Assembly (NCBI GenBank): GCA_022813965.1
Contig: JALDZS010000211.1
Span: 1 to 38,031 of the forward strand
Direction: 5' to 3'
DNA length: 38,031 nucleotides
From: Toensbergia leucococca
Taxonomy: Eukaryota
Shown here: piece by piece, positions 1 to 12,537 of the stretch
Layout: every line of letters starts with the position of its first letter
Position numbering within the stretch: position 1 is the first letter of the stretch
Position numbers and translations under genes: made by a program
The notes under the pieces: generated by a model
Told to the model about the DNA's origin: nothing
Databases searched by the model: none
Seen by the model: the letters and a program-made list of their open reading frames with translations, nothing else

Positions 1-279
1 CAATTAACTATTACTGTTACTAATATACTCTATTAAGCATAGAGTGATCTCTCAGTATCATTGATCTTATTATTAATTCTGTCTTTAATTAATATTCTTA
101 AGAGATTTATTGACTGACATCAGAGTCTTTTTAAAAGTATTGAATTTATGAAGTATTATTTTATAAAGACTATCTAATAACTTCTGATTAGCATAAAAAT
201 GCGTTCTTTAAAACAAAGCTTTTATATCTTATAAAGGTGCAGAAAATAATTATAAAGCAGTAAGCAATCTAATAACAGA

Positions 280-2766
280 ATTAATATATGAACACCCCCT
301 TTTAATACAGAAACACTTCTCTTTCTTTCTCTCTCTCTCAGACACAATATCACTAAGAGAAAAATTTATCATTTTATATTATATTCTACCTTCATTCTCT
401 ATTACTTTGCAAGCCATTTATCTGTTTTATTTGCATGTTATCTATTATCTAAAAGAAATTTTCTAATATTCTATCATAAATTCATTTAATTCTTCACTCT
501 GAGTGTAATATATCATAAATTTTAATTTTCTCTCACCTGATAAACTTAAATCATCATCTTTATCTTTACTCACAATCATAAGTCTTACTTCTCTCATGAC
601 TTTACTAGATATGAAGCACATGACTCTGAATGCTCTTATTGTTATTATTCAGAAACATGTCAGTTCTCAGAATTATGCTGTCAACAAACTTCAATTAAAA
701 AAGACTAAGATAAGAGTAATAAAGACAGTCTATATTAACTGTAATCAGAGTAAAAAGATAAAGGCTATCATTTAAAAACAGATATAAGAATTCATACATA
801 ATGAGTGTCTCTTCTTTATTACTATAAAACACACAGATATGAGCTGAATTTTGAGTTTAATTCAGAATGAATCTCATAATCATAAGTCTACTATAAGAAG
901 ATCTTATGCATCTCTATAAGTCCTTTATATAACAGAGAAGAAAATAAAGTCTATTGCTCAGCAAATTAAGACATATTATCTGTTTAAAGACATTATCACT
1001 GATCTGAGATGTAATAAGAATTTAGACAATTCAACCTTTAAGGCTCCGAACATTTACAACACAAAGGCAAGAATCTAATAAGAGACTTTAAGCTTCTTCT
1101 CTCTCATTTAAACTTTAATGCAGAAATTGAACTAAAAAGACTGAGTCTATAAGTATGAGAAGAATAAGTTAAATCACATATCTTATCTGTTCTTTTTAAA
1201 GAGAAGCTCTCAGCAAACACTTAAGATCAACTCTGAGGTTCTTATTATAAACTGTATCTATAAAACAAATCAGTATAAGCTTCTCTTAATTAACATCACT
1301 GAAATAATAACTTTGAGCATTACATTCTATGTGAGATTTATCTTTCTTTATCAGAAGAAAGTAAAGAATTACACATGATTTCTGCTTCAGATTAAGCAGA
1401 TTTACTGTCTTCTCAGTATCTTATACTTAAAAGTCATAATGACTGACAGAGATATTGATCTTATAACTGCAATTTACAGGGTTCTTTCAGAAACCTGACA
1501 TCTTCTCTGCCTTTAACATATTAACATGAATGTACAGATAAAGTAAAAGCTCTTATTCTGAGATGAAATGAAGCTAAATAAGAAATAAAAGATCTTTAAG
1601 ACAATGTGACTAACTATTGTATATACTATTATCTGTGATGAGTATAAGAAGACTTAAAACAGTCTACAGAAAGTCTACAATAATGAGTTTTATATCTTAT
1701 CACTGCAGTATTTAAGAAACATCTGACTAACCCTCTATAAGACAAAGTTTGTAAAGATGTAAATAAACACAGTTCTTTATTTTAATAATATTGTTATCTC
1801 TAGAGTGAAAGGTAGTCACACTGTTCTTAAGAGAAATTTAGACTTTTTTATTAGTGATCTTAAAACAGTAATTGATAATATTGATTTTCTTATTAAGAAT
1901 CAGCACACAGAGTATCTTATAGCTATGAATCAGATCAAAATGCAGCTTTTATAGTATCTTAATCTCTCTCTTTACAGAGATCTTATTGCCTTTGTCACTC
2001 TCTTTGCTCTGAAGAAGATACATTAACATGATCTTCACATTAAGAATAGCTCTTTATCTTCTTGAACTCATATCTTTACTGCAATCACTGACCTTCTATG
2101 TGCTTATAAGATTCTAAAATGTATAGAGAGATCAGCTTTCTCTATTTTAATGTGACAGAATATTCATGTTAAGTAAGAATTTCACTGTTTAATTAATGAT
2201 AAATATAGCTCTCTTTCTTCTGAGATAGATTCTTTATTATTGATTCAGAATCTTACTATTGCTTACTCTTATGATCATTCTACAGAAGCTCTTAATTGAT
2301 CTCAGAGTGAGAGACAATAACAGACATTTAATAGAAATACACAAAGAGAATTCTCTCAATTTAAGGTAATAGAATAAGGTTCTCAGAGTGATGACTAAGA
2401 TTAAGAAAACTGAGATGACTGAGAATTTAGAGAACAGTGAGAAAATAGAGGAAGAGAAAAAAATAAAGAGGCAGTAAGAAGTGATGTTCTCATAAATATT
2501 AGAGTATTTTATAATTTTGAAAGAAGGTAGATAAATTGTGCTCAGAGGGTGATCATGCATCTGAGGAAGAGGGAATTAAGTCAGAATGTGATACAAAAGC
2601 ATGATTTTTCTTCTAAATAATTTGACTTCTGAATAATACACAAATGAAATAAGTAAATGACTTGCAAAGTAATAGAGAATTGAGGTAGAATGTAGTGTAA
2701 AATAATGGATTTTTCCTTAGTAATATTGCATCTGAGAGAGAAAGAAAAGAGAGTGTTTATGTATCA
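280..2766 (+). mobile_element. Mutator-like (MULE) DNA transposon, near full length, hypermutated (RIP-like)
   Basis: Very AT-rich. Degenerate inverted repeats at ~293-455 and ~2630-2766 (e.g. ttctaccttcattctctattactttgcaagccattta versus taaatgacttgcaaagtaatagagaattgaggtagaa) enclose a stop-riddled MULE transposase. Exact ends are approximate. Confidence 0.85.
611..2470 (+). pseudogene. MULE transposase pseudogene
   Basis: Degenerate fungal MULE motifs: QKHVSSQNYAV...VYINCN (FAR1-like N-terminus), ESHNH, VLIINCIYKTNQYKLLL (~1238-1290; cf. VLLMDCTYKTNRY), VIMTDRDIDLITAI (~1433), HLLCL*HINMN (~1499), SWIM-like CAYKI (~2099) and TQREFSQFK (~2340). Many stops; boundaries approximate. Confidence 0.85.
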
Positions 2767-2889
2767 ATTTTCTCTAATAACACAAATTTTATATAACTTA
2801 CAGTAATAAGTTAAGCTGCTAAAGCAAGCAATATTACTGTAGTTGTATCTCTGTGATTTGCTCATTTGAATTTAACTCTGTTATCTTTA

Positions 2890-3041
2890 TGTTACGGTTC
2901 TATCTTAGGTTAGCGTCCCCGGGCCCGGATCATCGATTGTTCCGGCCCCACACACTAGATATTCGCAATCCTAGCACCTAGAACACCAGGAAGCATACAA
3001 CATAGCAAGGGTATCACTAACTATCATTTTGAACCCTCACA
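2890..3041. mobile_element. Solo LTR (152 bp) of an LTR retrotransposon
   Basis: Starts TGTTACGG and ends CCTCACA (TG...CA). Flanked by a perfect 5-bp target site duplication CTTTA (2885-2889 and 3042-3046). GC/CpG-rich patch inside AT-rich DNA. Confidence 0.85.
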
Positions 3042-3046
3042 CTTTA

Positions 3047-3421
3047 TCAGGTTTTATTTGCATGTTATTTAAAAGTCAAATTATTAAGAAAAAATTTAAT
3101 ACTTTTGTATTACATTATGACTTAATTTTCTTACTCTCAGATGCATGATTACTTTCTGAGTGCATGATCATCTCTTAAGTGCAAAAACATTATAATCTTG
3201 TAAATTATCTATCTTATTTTAAAATTATAAAGATTCTTTAAATAAAAGTTGTTACTGAATAACATACAATTAAGAAGATAGATAACATGTAAGAAAGACA
3301 GAGATTCAATTGTAAATGTGATGTGAGATTATGAGTTTTTCTTCATGATTTTGCATCTAAGCACTAGTTAATAAAGAAGGTATAGATGTAGTCAAAGGCG
3401 GTGTAAAATTAGTAATATTCT
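3047..3421. mobile_element. Non-autonomous deletion derivative of the same MULE family
   Basis: 3051-3230 aligns by eye in direct orientation with 36120-36280 (tttatttgc.tgt.a.ttaaaagtcaaattatt...gcatgatcatctc). 3383-3422 (tagatgtagtcaaaggcggtgtaaaattagtaatattctt) matches 36911-36950, mostly through C>T/G>A changes. Confidence 0.75.
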
Positions 3422-3649
3422 TTAAAATTATAACTCAATCTCTCATTTGATACAATGTCAGAATTGTTTTAACAGCTTACAAGTAAATATCTTTAATTAA
3501 AGTAAACTAGTAACTATCACTTCTTATTTAAATACATAGTAACATTTATATGATAATGACAGACTCATCATTTAATTGACAGCGCAACAATAGAAATAGA
3601 ACAACTATTCAGACATTTCTCAGCCTACACAGATCTGAATATTTGAATC

Positions 3650-5537
3650 CTACACCCCCCTAAAAGCAGCGGTTTTCTTCACTACCTTAGACTGCCCCAA
3701 ATTCAAGCCCACTGGATCCTCGTGCGTATGCACCCTGACTTCCAAGTCCGCATCATTCACACTATTCTGATCCGGCAGTCCGTGCAGCGGGACGAACGCC
3801 TTCACACCAACATGGGTCTGACAATTTGCGCAGCCCGCCGTGTGGCGCCGGCTCAGGACAGCGTCCATGCCGAGAAGCTGCTTCGTGCCGTTGACCTTGC
3901 CCCAGGTGGAGATGACGAAGGACCCGCTGATGGCACCGCGATTGAGCCCGCTGACAACGAGGGTCGCTTTGGGCGTCGGCACCGGGGCTGCTGGCGTGGG
4001 CACGGGTCCCGAGAAATCTCCGGGCTTGGGCTTGGGCGGCCAGTTGTTGGGGTCCCCATTGGCGTCGGTGAAGGAGCCCGGACCGTAGCTAAAGTGGGAC
4101 GAGTCAGCTTCACCTCATCCTGTAGGCGGATGGGATTAGGAATAGGTGAATCTCTTACGTATATCCAAGCTGGTTCTCAATGTCTACGACGTCAAGGCTG
4201 TTCATTGGGGAGCCGTCTAATTTGATGAACGGGTCGAGGGGGGTCTTGAGCGTGAGCCATTGGCCAGCCGGTGCGCCTGCAATAGGACCCTGATCGTTGA
4301 AATTGTTTGCGCCCGGGTAATACTCATACTCTGATTCAATGACCAGCTCGGTGGCTTGGTTGTGCTTAAGTTGCCAAAGCCAGAACATGCGATCGACGTA
4401 GCAGTGGTGGAAGAAGAACATGGGATCGAACGCAGCGGTGTCATTTTCGCCCTGTGTGGGTCGTGAATAATGATTCCGAAGAGCGAATAGAGGGACTTAC
4501 CATGTCGCCATTAGCGCCAATCAAGGGGCTCGGGGGGTTTTGGGGTGCGGTATCTGCAGACGGTTTGGGGAAGCCCCCAGTAGCAAGATGCATGTCGTTG
4601 TGGGGTGTCTCCAGTGGAACGACTAGAACATCATGGTCATCAAAGGCGGTCTTCTCCCGGTTGAGATTCTCCTGATTGTATTGCCTTGCGGAGGAAGTAT
4701 TGGAGAAGAGCGTGTAGTTGGGTGCATCCAAGCACTTTACAAATTTGTGGTAGGTACCATGATAGACGGTTTTAGGGTCCTTCGATGTTTTGCTCGATTG
4801 GAGCCAGTCCTTAATGTTCTGATTCAGGGGCTCGATGTTCTTGGGATATTCGTATTGCGCGTTGTATTCGTCTGTCGCCTGGGCTTGGCCTGGAATCGTA
4901 TCTCCTACTAAACCCGAAAGCGGGAATCGTTTGGTCGTATATCCAGCAAGCTTGGAGTAGTCTGGGTCTGAGCCGCTGCTGAGGTTATCCAGAACAGCTT
5001 TCTGGAAGGTGTAAGAGTACAAGGGATTTGGATTGATAAGTGTTCCGTCGGATAGAGCGACTTCTTTCTTATTAAGCCATGATGGAAGTCCCCCATCATT
5101 GTCGGCCATGGTCTGTTCATCGCACCAGTCCAAGAAAGGCAAGGCGACAGATTCGCAGCCACGGATACTTCTCAAAGCATCTTCGATTCGCTTCAAGTAG
5201 GCTCGATGCCACGTAGGAAAGAGAATTTGCCCATGATAGCAGTAACCTCCCCACCATGCGCTGTTAGACTAGCCAGCCTAAGGTAGAGGGCATGTGAGCA
5301 AGGCCGATTGCCATACTGAATGGAGATACTCACGCCACGAAACGGTTCTCCATGATATCCTGCAATCACAAAGAAAGAATTCGGGTCAGTTGGGGGTAGC
5401 GCTTGAATGCCTTTAAAAGCAAGAATCAATTTGTCCAGCTCTGTTGGGCGTTTACTTGGATCACCGACAGCATCGAGGTGGTCTTGTTGCACATCACGGA
5501 AGGATCGCCGAACACGCAGTCCCCTTGGTGTAGCCAT
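3650..5537 (-). CDS. Fungal tyrosinase (MelO/MelB-like type-3 copper oxidase); possible nonsense allele
   Basis: Four exons (introns ~5333-5278, 4500-4452, 4158-4090). CuA: GYHGEPFRG...WWGGYCYHGQILFPTWHRAYL. CuB: LETPHNDMHLA...GDMGENDTAAFDPMFFFHHCYVDR. C-terminal shielding domain with a CxxC (AGCANCQTH). In-frame TAG at 5271-5269 if the first acceptor is used. Confidence 0.9.
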
Positions 5538-6936
5538 ATCACTTGGCCCAATTGTGCAGTAGACGTTCAACAAACAGGTGACTTGGATGGTAGTCGACAA
5601 GTAACAAGCCTCGGTGACAAAAGAAGATTGTCTCGGGCTAGAAGCTTGTGCAAGTGTAAAGGTCAAAGATGAAATGAGGGTGACGGACAAGTGTTTTATA
5701 TTGAAAGGACAGAGGACCAGGCAGGTGCCTCACTAATCGCCCGCCCAAAAAGCGCAATCAGACATGCAGAGAATTGTTGGTGGAAAGACGTGTTGTACAT
5801 ATTGGAGGGAAGTCCAGTCTCAATTCATGCGATAGCCAGTCTTTTGCAAGACCGACAATTGTTCAGCTTGGAAAAAGCAGCCACCACTATGCGGCCTGCT
5901 TATTCAGATGGTGCATTGCTATCGTTCACTTCGCTTACTCTTGATAGCCATAGGAGGTTCTTGGTTGTAGAGGGGTCATGGCAAGCACATTGCACACGGC
6001 GGGAGGCCAAAGAAAGCTCAGACGCAAGAATGGTTTAAAGATGGCCGCTTTGAAGGGCAAGGTGGCTTGACTTACGGAGCTGAGAGAGCGGAGGACATAT
6101 GCAGCATATATGCCAGAGAGCTGTGCGGTGGAAAGCATCGAATCAGATACCGTTATCTGTTATCCTTAGTAAATATATGGCTGATTCTGGAGCGTGTAGA
6201 CGAAGCTGAACGTCCCCCGCTTTCATGCACCATGTCAATTCCACGCACCCCACCCGAGCTGCCGCTGCTGTCACTCCTCCTATCACTGCTGGACTCTGCA
6301 ATGTTGACAGATTATCGTCTTTTTGCCAAGGCCTGCAAAGCAAATGCATCAACAAATGGAACATCATCGTCGTCTGAAGGGCATGTTTTCCGTCCAAGAA
6401 CAAGTAAGAAGCTCTCAGTTGTAAAAACCTTACCTAGGTGCTCTGGCCAAGGGCAAGCATCACCCTGTTGAATCAGTCATTCCCATCCCACCATCTTACG
6501 AAATCATGGCTGCATCATATCCGCCCCTGTCCTTCGGCACGATCCTATTCAACATGACTGTAGAATGCTATTGCAGTGTCAAAGCTGCGCATCTCGTTAC
6601 TTTAGTCGTGCGCTTCAGTTCTCTGTATGTCATGCTTAGTTCAAATATCTGAAGCGCTTTCTCGTGTGGCTTTGTGCCATCATCTAAGCGATAAAGTAAT
6701 AGCATTGAAGGACTATCACTGCCCCTCTCTTTTGAGCAGATCGTTCACCAAAATTTTAAGTCCCCTGTTAATGACCCTTGTGGCAGCATGTGCCCCATTC
6801 ACCACAGACGGCTTCCTCATAGGCTAGAACCGGTTCAACATCCCTTGCCGACTCGGTCCGGAGCAGTTCTTCGTTGCAAATCCATTTACCACAGTTGCCC
6901 CTTGTCTCCCTGTTTGCGTAACCTCATGCTGTCCGT

Positions 6937-7878
6937 TCATGTGAGCTGAAGAGGATGTGCGTCCAGGAACTCCTTGAGAGTAGAGAGTCTACCTCGGGCA
7001 TTCTCAGCAGCCCAAGCAACCAATTTCTTAGAATCTGGACCGAAGTAGCCAAACTCCTCTTGATAGCCGAATGCTTCAACGAAGATGTCAGCCGTATCAG
7101 CGTCAAACGGTAGACTCTTCTTGAACTCCTCGCGCGGAATCTGTCTGTAGACGACGGTCTTGCCCGTGGCATGGGACACGGTGGCGGCTATTTCCTCCCA
7201 GCTGTATAGTGCCGCGGCGGCGCAGAACGTCTTACCTTCGTACTTGTCGGGCGTGGCCAGGATGGCCCCAACAAACTTGCCTGCGTCCCCAATGGCGTCG
7301 ATGAAGGGCAACCGGGTTTTGGGAGAGGTGTGGCGGAGCAAAACCCAGGTACCATCGGGAGTCTGGCGTGGAGCCAAGAAGGTCTGGGACTGAAGATTTT
7401 CCATGAAATATCCCAGCGAGATGAAGGCGCTCTTGATGTCAAGGCCTCGAACATACTGCTCGACTTTTGCCTTGGCGTCAAAGGGAGTGACCTTGGTATA
7501 CTTGCCGCCAGAGATCTCTTTGACTGCTGGCAGGGTGCTGAAGATGATGTATTCGGCACCTTTCTCAACAGCGACGTCAGCGATGGTCTTGCCACTGCTG
7601 TACTCGCTCTCCAAGGCGTCAGGGCCAAAGGAAGGCGTTGTCATGGCGAAGACTGAGTGCGCGCTGGTCAAAGCTGTCTCGAGGGAGTCCCTATTGAGCA
7701 CATCACCTTGGACAACTTCAACCTTCTCCTTGAGTAGCTTGGCCTTCTCCGAGTTGGTATCACGGGTGATGGCTCGGATCTTGTACTCCTGGAATAGCTC
7801 TGGGTCGTTCAGCACATAGTTGATGACTGAACCGCCTTGTTGGCCGGTGGCACCAAAGACGGCAAGAATCTTGGACAT
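6937..7878 (-). CDS. NmrA-like NAD(P)-binding protein (atypical SDR)
   Basis: Single 313-aa ORF. N-terminal VFGATGQQGGSV, plus IRAITRD, QGDV, IIFSTL, PFDAKAKVEQY and GYFMEN typical of NmrA/HSCARG. Confidence 0.92.
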   Translation of the reverse strand: MSKILAVFGATGQQGGSVINYVLNDPELFQEYKIRAITRDTNSEKAKLLKEKVEVVQGDVLNRDSLETALTSAHSVFAMTTPSFGPDALESEYSSGKTIADVAVEKGAEYIIFSTLPAVKEISGGKYTKVTPFDAKAKVEQYVRGLDIKSAFISLGYFMENLQSQTFLAPRQTPDGTWVLLRHTSPKTRLPFIDAIGDAGKFVGAILATPDKYEGKTFCAAAALYSWEEIAATVSHATGKTVVYRQIPREEFKKSLPFDADTADIFVEAFGYQEEFGYFGPDSKKLVAWAAENARGRLSTLKEFLDAHPLQLT

Positions 7879-8473
7879 GTTACAGGGTAAAAGTGTCGGG
7901 ATATTGATCTGTGTTAATTGGTGAATTTGCGACGTTTCCTAGGAAGTGCTTCAAGTTTGATAATACTTGTCAAGGAAGTAGGTATCCTCGATCTTTTTAT
8001 GTATAATGGAGCTGACAAATAAGGAATCCTCCACTTATCAATCAAGACACTACTCGGATTGGCTTTAGTAAACCGTAGGTCGAAATTCATGAGGTTCAAT
8101 TCCCTGCAGAGATCGGACAAATACTGGTGCGGAAATGGAGGATGTCTTGGGCGCCATTGGATCTGGAACTGTTGATGTTATCGAGTAATCACGAACAGCA
8201 TATGGAAGTTGATGAGGGGAAGGTCATGTGATTCCATATGCCCCGATCGTAGAAACCTCGGAAATGATTCCCTCATATGTTTTCATTTGGCTTGTGTAAT
8301 AGAATAGACCTTGCTAGGCACGCACTGGCACGCTAGGATGACTCGTAGGGTAGTACTGATCTACATAAATGAGTGGCTGGTACCTAGTTCTACCCGAGGA
8401 CGCGAAGGTACGTGTTTATTCCCGAGATTAATTTCCCTCCTCTCAATGACTGATAACGCAGCTGCTCCGAGTT

Positions 8474-10692
8474 TCATTCAACGATCTGTTCCGGAAGAAA
8501 GATAACGAGAGGCAGACCTAAGCTCGAGCTGCTGACTGACAAGACTGAATAGCTGTTAGATATGTCATGGAAAGCGCGCGAGATCCTTACTTGACACGTA
8601 GAGGAAGCCGTGGAGATAGCTTGACAACGCAACTGCCTGCAATCCTTGAGGGAGCCGAAGAGCAAACTTTGTGTCGTTCAAAATGCCTTTGATGATCTGT
8701 TTGTGCGCAGAGAAAGAGAAGTGAGCGTCCACCATTTGGAAGTACCGGTGCTGCAGGTGGTTTTCTTTGTTCGGAGCAGACTTTGCCTGGATAATATGGA
8801 AGGACTTTTGAGAAGACTTACCTGCTTACCATCCGCCGAATGACCCAGGTTCTTCACCAAGGCATTCCGAAAGCTTGTTCGAAGTAAAGCTGCCGATCCG
8901 CTTGCCCCAATCATCAAGCCCATCTGCTGGCTGAGGTAAAACAGGCTTACCGCCGTGGCTAACTGGGGTTTCTCAATAGAAGCCGCCAGGCCAATAAATT
9001 GCGAAGAGTTGAGCATACCCACACCTAGGCTGGCCGAAAATACGTATAACAACGACTCCCATACGTTGATTCGACCGCGCCATCTCAGCATGATGGCGAT
9101 GAAGCTTATGATGCATAGTGAAACCGCAGCAATTGATATCTTCTTGTATCGTTTTGTTCTGTGCCAAGTGTCAGATCATAATATACCACTTGGACGGTTT
9201 TGCTGCGGACCTGCTGATCCATTTCCCACCTCCGAGAGCCCCAATGGCGTTACCAAAAGATGTAGGCAGAACATGGAGTGCAGCTACCAAATTCGACGCA
9301 TTCTCGGTCCGCGCAAAATATATTGCAATGTTGGAAACAATCTACAAGCACATTAAGAACCAGCCGCGAGGAGGAGGAAGCACTCACGCTGAATTGTGCG
9401 CAAAGTAGTAAAATTTGGAGAAGGTAGCATGATGCCACACCTGCTTGCCTAAGAAGTGACGGAGATAAGATCGGCTGCTTGGCCCAGAACACTTCGACAA
9501 GCCCAAAGCCGACTGCGGAGACGGCGAAAAGCAACAAAAGGCTGATCGTAGTAGGGCTACCCATGGCTGTCCCTCGGCCTCCCAGGTCCACTAATGAGAG
9601 TAGAAAGGACAACATGAGCGCAAATATCAATAAGCCGAGCAGATCCAATTCGCGCTTCTTCCGGCCACCTTCCAGGAATTCCGGCTGTGGCAGGGATTGC
9701 GAAACAGCGAGTACGAAACACACAAGCACAATGGATAGTTCCGCGAAGAAGGGCCTGTATTGAATTTAGTGAGAAGTCCTTGACCAGACTCCAAGCAGGA
9801 AGCGAAGTACCATCGCCAGCCAATGCTATCGATTAGCAGCCCACCAATTGGGCCTCCCGTAGCTCTCCCAACCACAGCCGCGACGTTGATGTAGCTCCTT
9901 AATATAGCTACCTTGGAGAGCGGCGCAATATCTACACAGCGTAAGCTAGAATGACCTACTAATCAATCTATACACTTGGAAGACATACCCGTAATGACAA
10001 CGGCAGCCAGCGTCGTAACCCCCGCTGCGCCGAGGCCAGATATGAACCTGCCAACGATGAGTTGCTGCAGCGAAGCTGCAATACCCCTATTCTTGATCAG
10101 GCGCCATGGATCCGAGGGAAGAAGGGAGTATAGTAATGAGGTTCCCAGAGTAGCTTACGACAAGACACAGCCTAGACTAAACAAACAATACGCGACGAGA
10201 AGGGGCACCTTGCGTCCGAGGGCGTCGCTCGTTGCTCCATACTGGTAAATGTGCTCGTCAGCGTATTCCAGTGTATGATGAAGATGAGCAGCGGACAATA
10301 TATTCGACAATTGAGGGCCGAATTTTTTCTATTATAGGCCAAGAAGTCAAAAAGACAGATATACTCACAGCGGGTAAAGCAACGCTGAACCCCAGCGTGT
10401 ACCCTGTCAGCATCCAAGGGCCTTCAGAAAGATTCCTGAATTCGGACGCGATGGCTGGATACGTCGCTACCACGAGGGAAGTATCCGCATTCACGAGGAA
10501 TACGCCTGAGTGCAGTCGATACATAAGAAGAAGCCTTCATCAGGAGTCATTGAATTGCGACATGGTACCTATGATTGCAATTGTGAACTTGAGCAAAGCG
10601 TAGGGTACTGGGCTTGTTTCCTCCCTGGCGTCTGGCGATGGAGGCGCTGAGAGGAGAGGCCTAGTCTCGTCATCTGAACCTTCGTCTGCCAT
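8474..10692 (-). CDS. MFS transporter, DHA2/Vba-Fnx-like (14-TM, vacuolar basic amino acid/multidrug type)
   Basis: Multi-exon frame reconstructed with GT-AG introns and no stops: MADEGSDDETRPLL (acidic dileucine vacuolar-type signal), GVFLVNADTSLVVATYPAIASEF, YGATSDALGRK, GRFISGLGAAG, GRATGGPIGGLLIDSIGWRW, ending FLPEQIVE*. Confidence 0.88.
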
Positions 10693-11056
10693 CTTAGGGT
10701 GCGAGAAGGAACTTCAGCTGCGAATATGACAGTGTGAAGCATGGCAGGCCACGGGAGGGGGGAATTGGGGCAAGGTCGAGTCATGAACAAATGATTGCTG
10801 GTGTCTACCTCTAGCTCCAATCGCGCGCTCCAGAGTGGGTCTGATAGACCTTTTATTATAGGTAAGCCTCATGCAGCTACTGCACTTAGGTACCTAGAAC
10901 TCCTCCGGCCGGAGCGTCATGCTATATGGGTTCACTGAAAAATTACATGAATACACCTTACAACCCACGTATTGGCTAAAATTTGGCATATCGGCTCCCA
11001 GATATCTATATACAATTAGGATATCATTCAGAGCCTATACGCAAGCAAGAAGCCGT

Positions 11057-12224
11057 CTAGGCTCCTGTTAGAATCCAACTATTATGCTGATTCCAAGTAT
11101 CCTTCCTCAGCATAGCGTATTTCATCTTCATCCATTCACCGCTAGTGAAAACCTCCTCTTCATCTCTTTCACTTTTTGAAACTAGCGGGCTCTTTACAGC
11201 TCTCATCGGTGTCTCATCCTCGGCCCTCAAAAAATACGCAAAGCTGTATCGCTCGTTCATTGACTGTCCTGGCAAGGCACAAACTCGGTGTCGGCACGAG
11301 CGAAGCAGCTTGTTCGTGAGAAGGCTGAGACAGTCTCCAATATTTACCGTAGCACACCCAGCTCTTGGTGGCACATATTCCCATTCCTGGCTCTCAGAAC
11401 CTACAATCTGTAGACCGGGTCGCTTGGTGAATAAGAAAGTCATGGATCCCAAGTCAGTATGCGGGACGTGCGAAGAGCCGCGCTCCGAAAGGGGCTGGGC
11501 ATGGTATTTGAGCAGGCGAATTAGGTCTGGAGAAGGGAGATGGGTGCGGTGGAAATTGGTCAGGTTGTCGTTTGATTGGAGCATGAGGTTGCATGAGAGG
11601 GCGAGCAAGATGGCTGAAGCAGCAGCAGAGATGGCGCGGGCGAATCGGTCCAGGGAAGGCATGTATGTGTCGACGACTTGAGGTCTCTTGAAGTTGGCCT
11701 CGCGTCCGAGATTCATGATGCCGTCTTTTGGTAGCTGTGAAAGAGGGTTCTGTCAGCATACGAGCTTTGGGGGCTGTTGAGAAGAAGGATTGAAGTTGTG
11801 ACATACGGCATAAGACTCAAACCCGTCTCTGTTGCCTGCGAGCTCACCATAATTTCGACCGATAGGCTTGTATCTATGATCTGTTACTCAGTCTTGTTCC
11901 ATCTCTGAGGATGCTTGTCAAGATAGCGAACCCATTCAACTTCCTCGGCGACAGCTTGTCAATGTCATAGAGCATCAATTCATCTTCTGGCAGGTCAAAC
12001 ATCTTCTGTTCCAGTTCATAAATATCTTCGACCGCCTCAAGAACATCAGGTTCTGATCCCAACATATCAAGATAAAAGATTCCATCTCTACAGCAGACAT
12101 GAAACAGCTTTACAGATTCTGCGGGATTGCCACTGCGCAGAGCCTCGAAGCTGATAAGTTCTAGCTGTGCCACTGCAGGCTCGACGTCTTCACCGTCGCC
12201 GGGTACAATGTTGGCAGCACTCAT
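11057..12224 (-). CDS. 2-oxoglutarate/Fe(II)-dependent dioxygenase (DIOX_N + 2OG-FeII_Oxy; IPNS/gibberellin-oxidase fold)
   Basis: Three exons. N-terminal LELISFEAL...CRDGIFYL; Fe-binding HTD (PHTDLGSMTFLF), VNIGD, distal His in RSCRHRV, and RxS 2OG motif (ERYS). Confidence 0.92.
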
Positions 12225-12515
12225 TCCCACAGTGAAGAGACCGGGTCTTTTTAGAGACGATTGGCAGATGCATGAGGACAGTGCCATTTTGCCATCAAGG
12301 CCAAGCACACTCGGTGAATGTCCTTCATGCAGCAAGCAATTAGCGTATAAAAGCTAAGGTACCCAGACGCGCCTGCAGGCGTAGAGCAACAAGACCCACC
12401 ATCTCCGAAGAATGAGAAGAGTAAGATAGCACCGAGACAGTGAAAGATCTTCTCACTACGACTTGGATCTACGATCGGCAATCTCTATCCGCAACCGAGG
12501 CGGCCGAGGTTGGAC

Positions 12516-12537
12516 TGATGATGATGATGATGATGAT
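12516..12537. repeat. (TGA)7 microsatellite
   Basis: Direct reading: tgatgatgatgatgatgatgat upstream of the dioxygenase. Confidence 0.9.

Noticed and set aside
2237..2560. Hydrophobic 107-aa ORF (and its counterpart at 36276-36497)
   Set aside because: Antisense artefacts of the mutated MULE 3' region.
5691..6830. Short ORFs between the tyrosinase and NmrA genes
   Set aside because: No recognisable domain or consistent splice structure; treated as intergenic.
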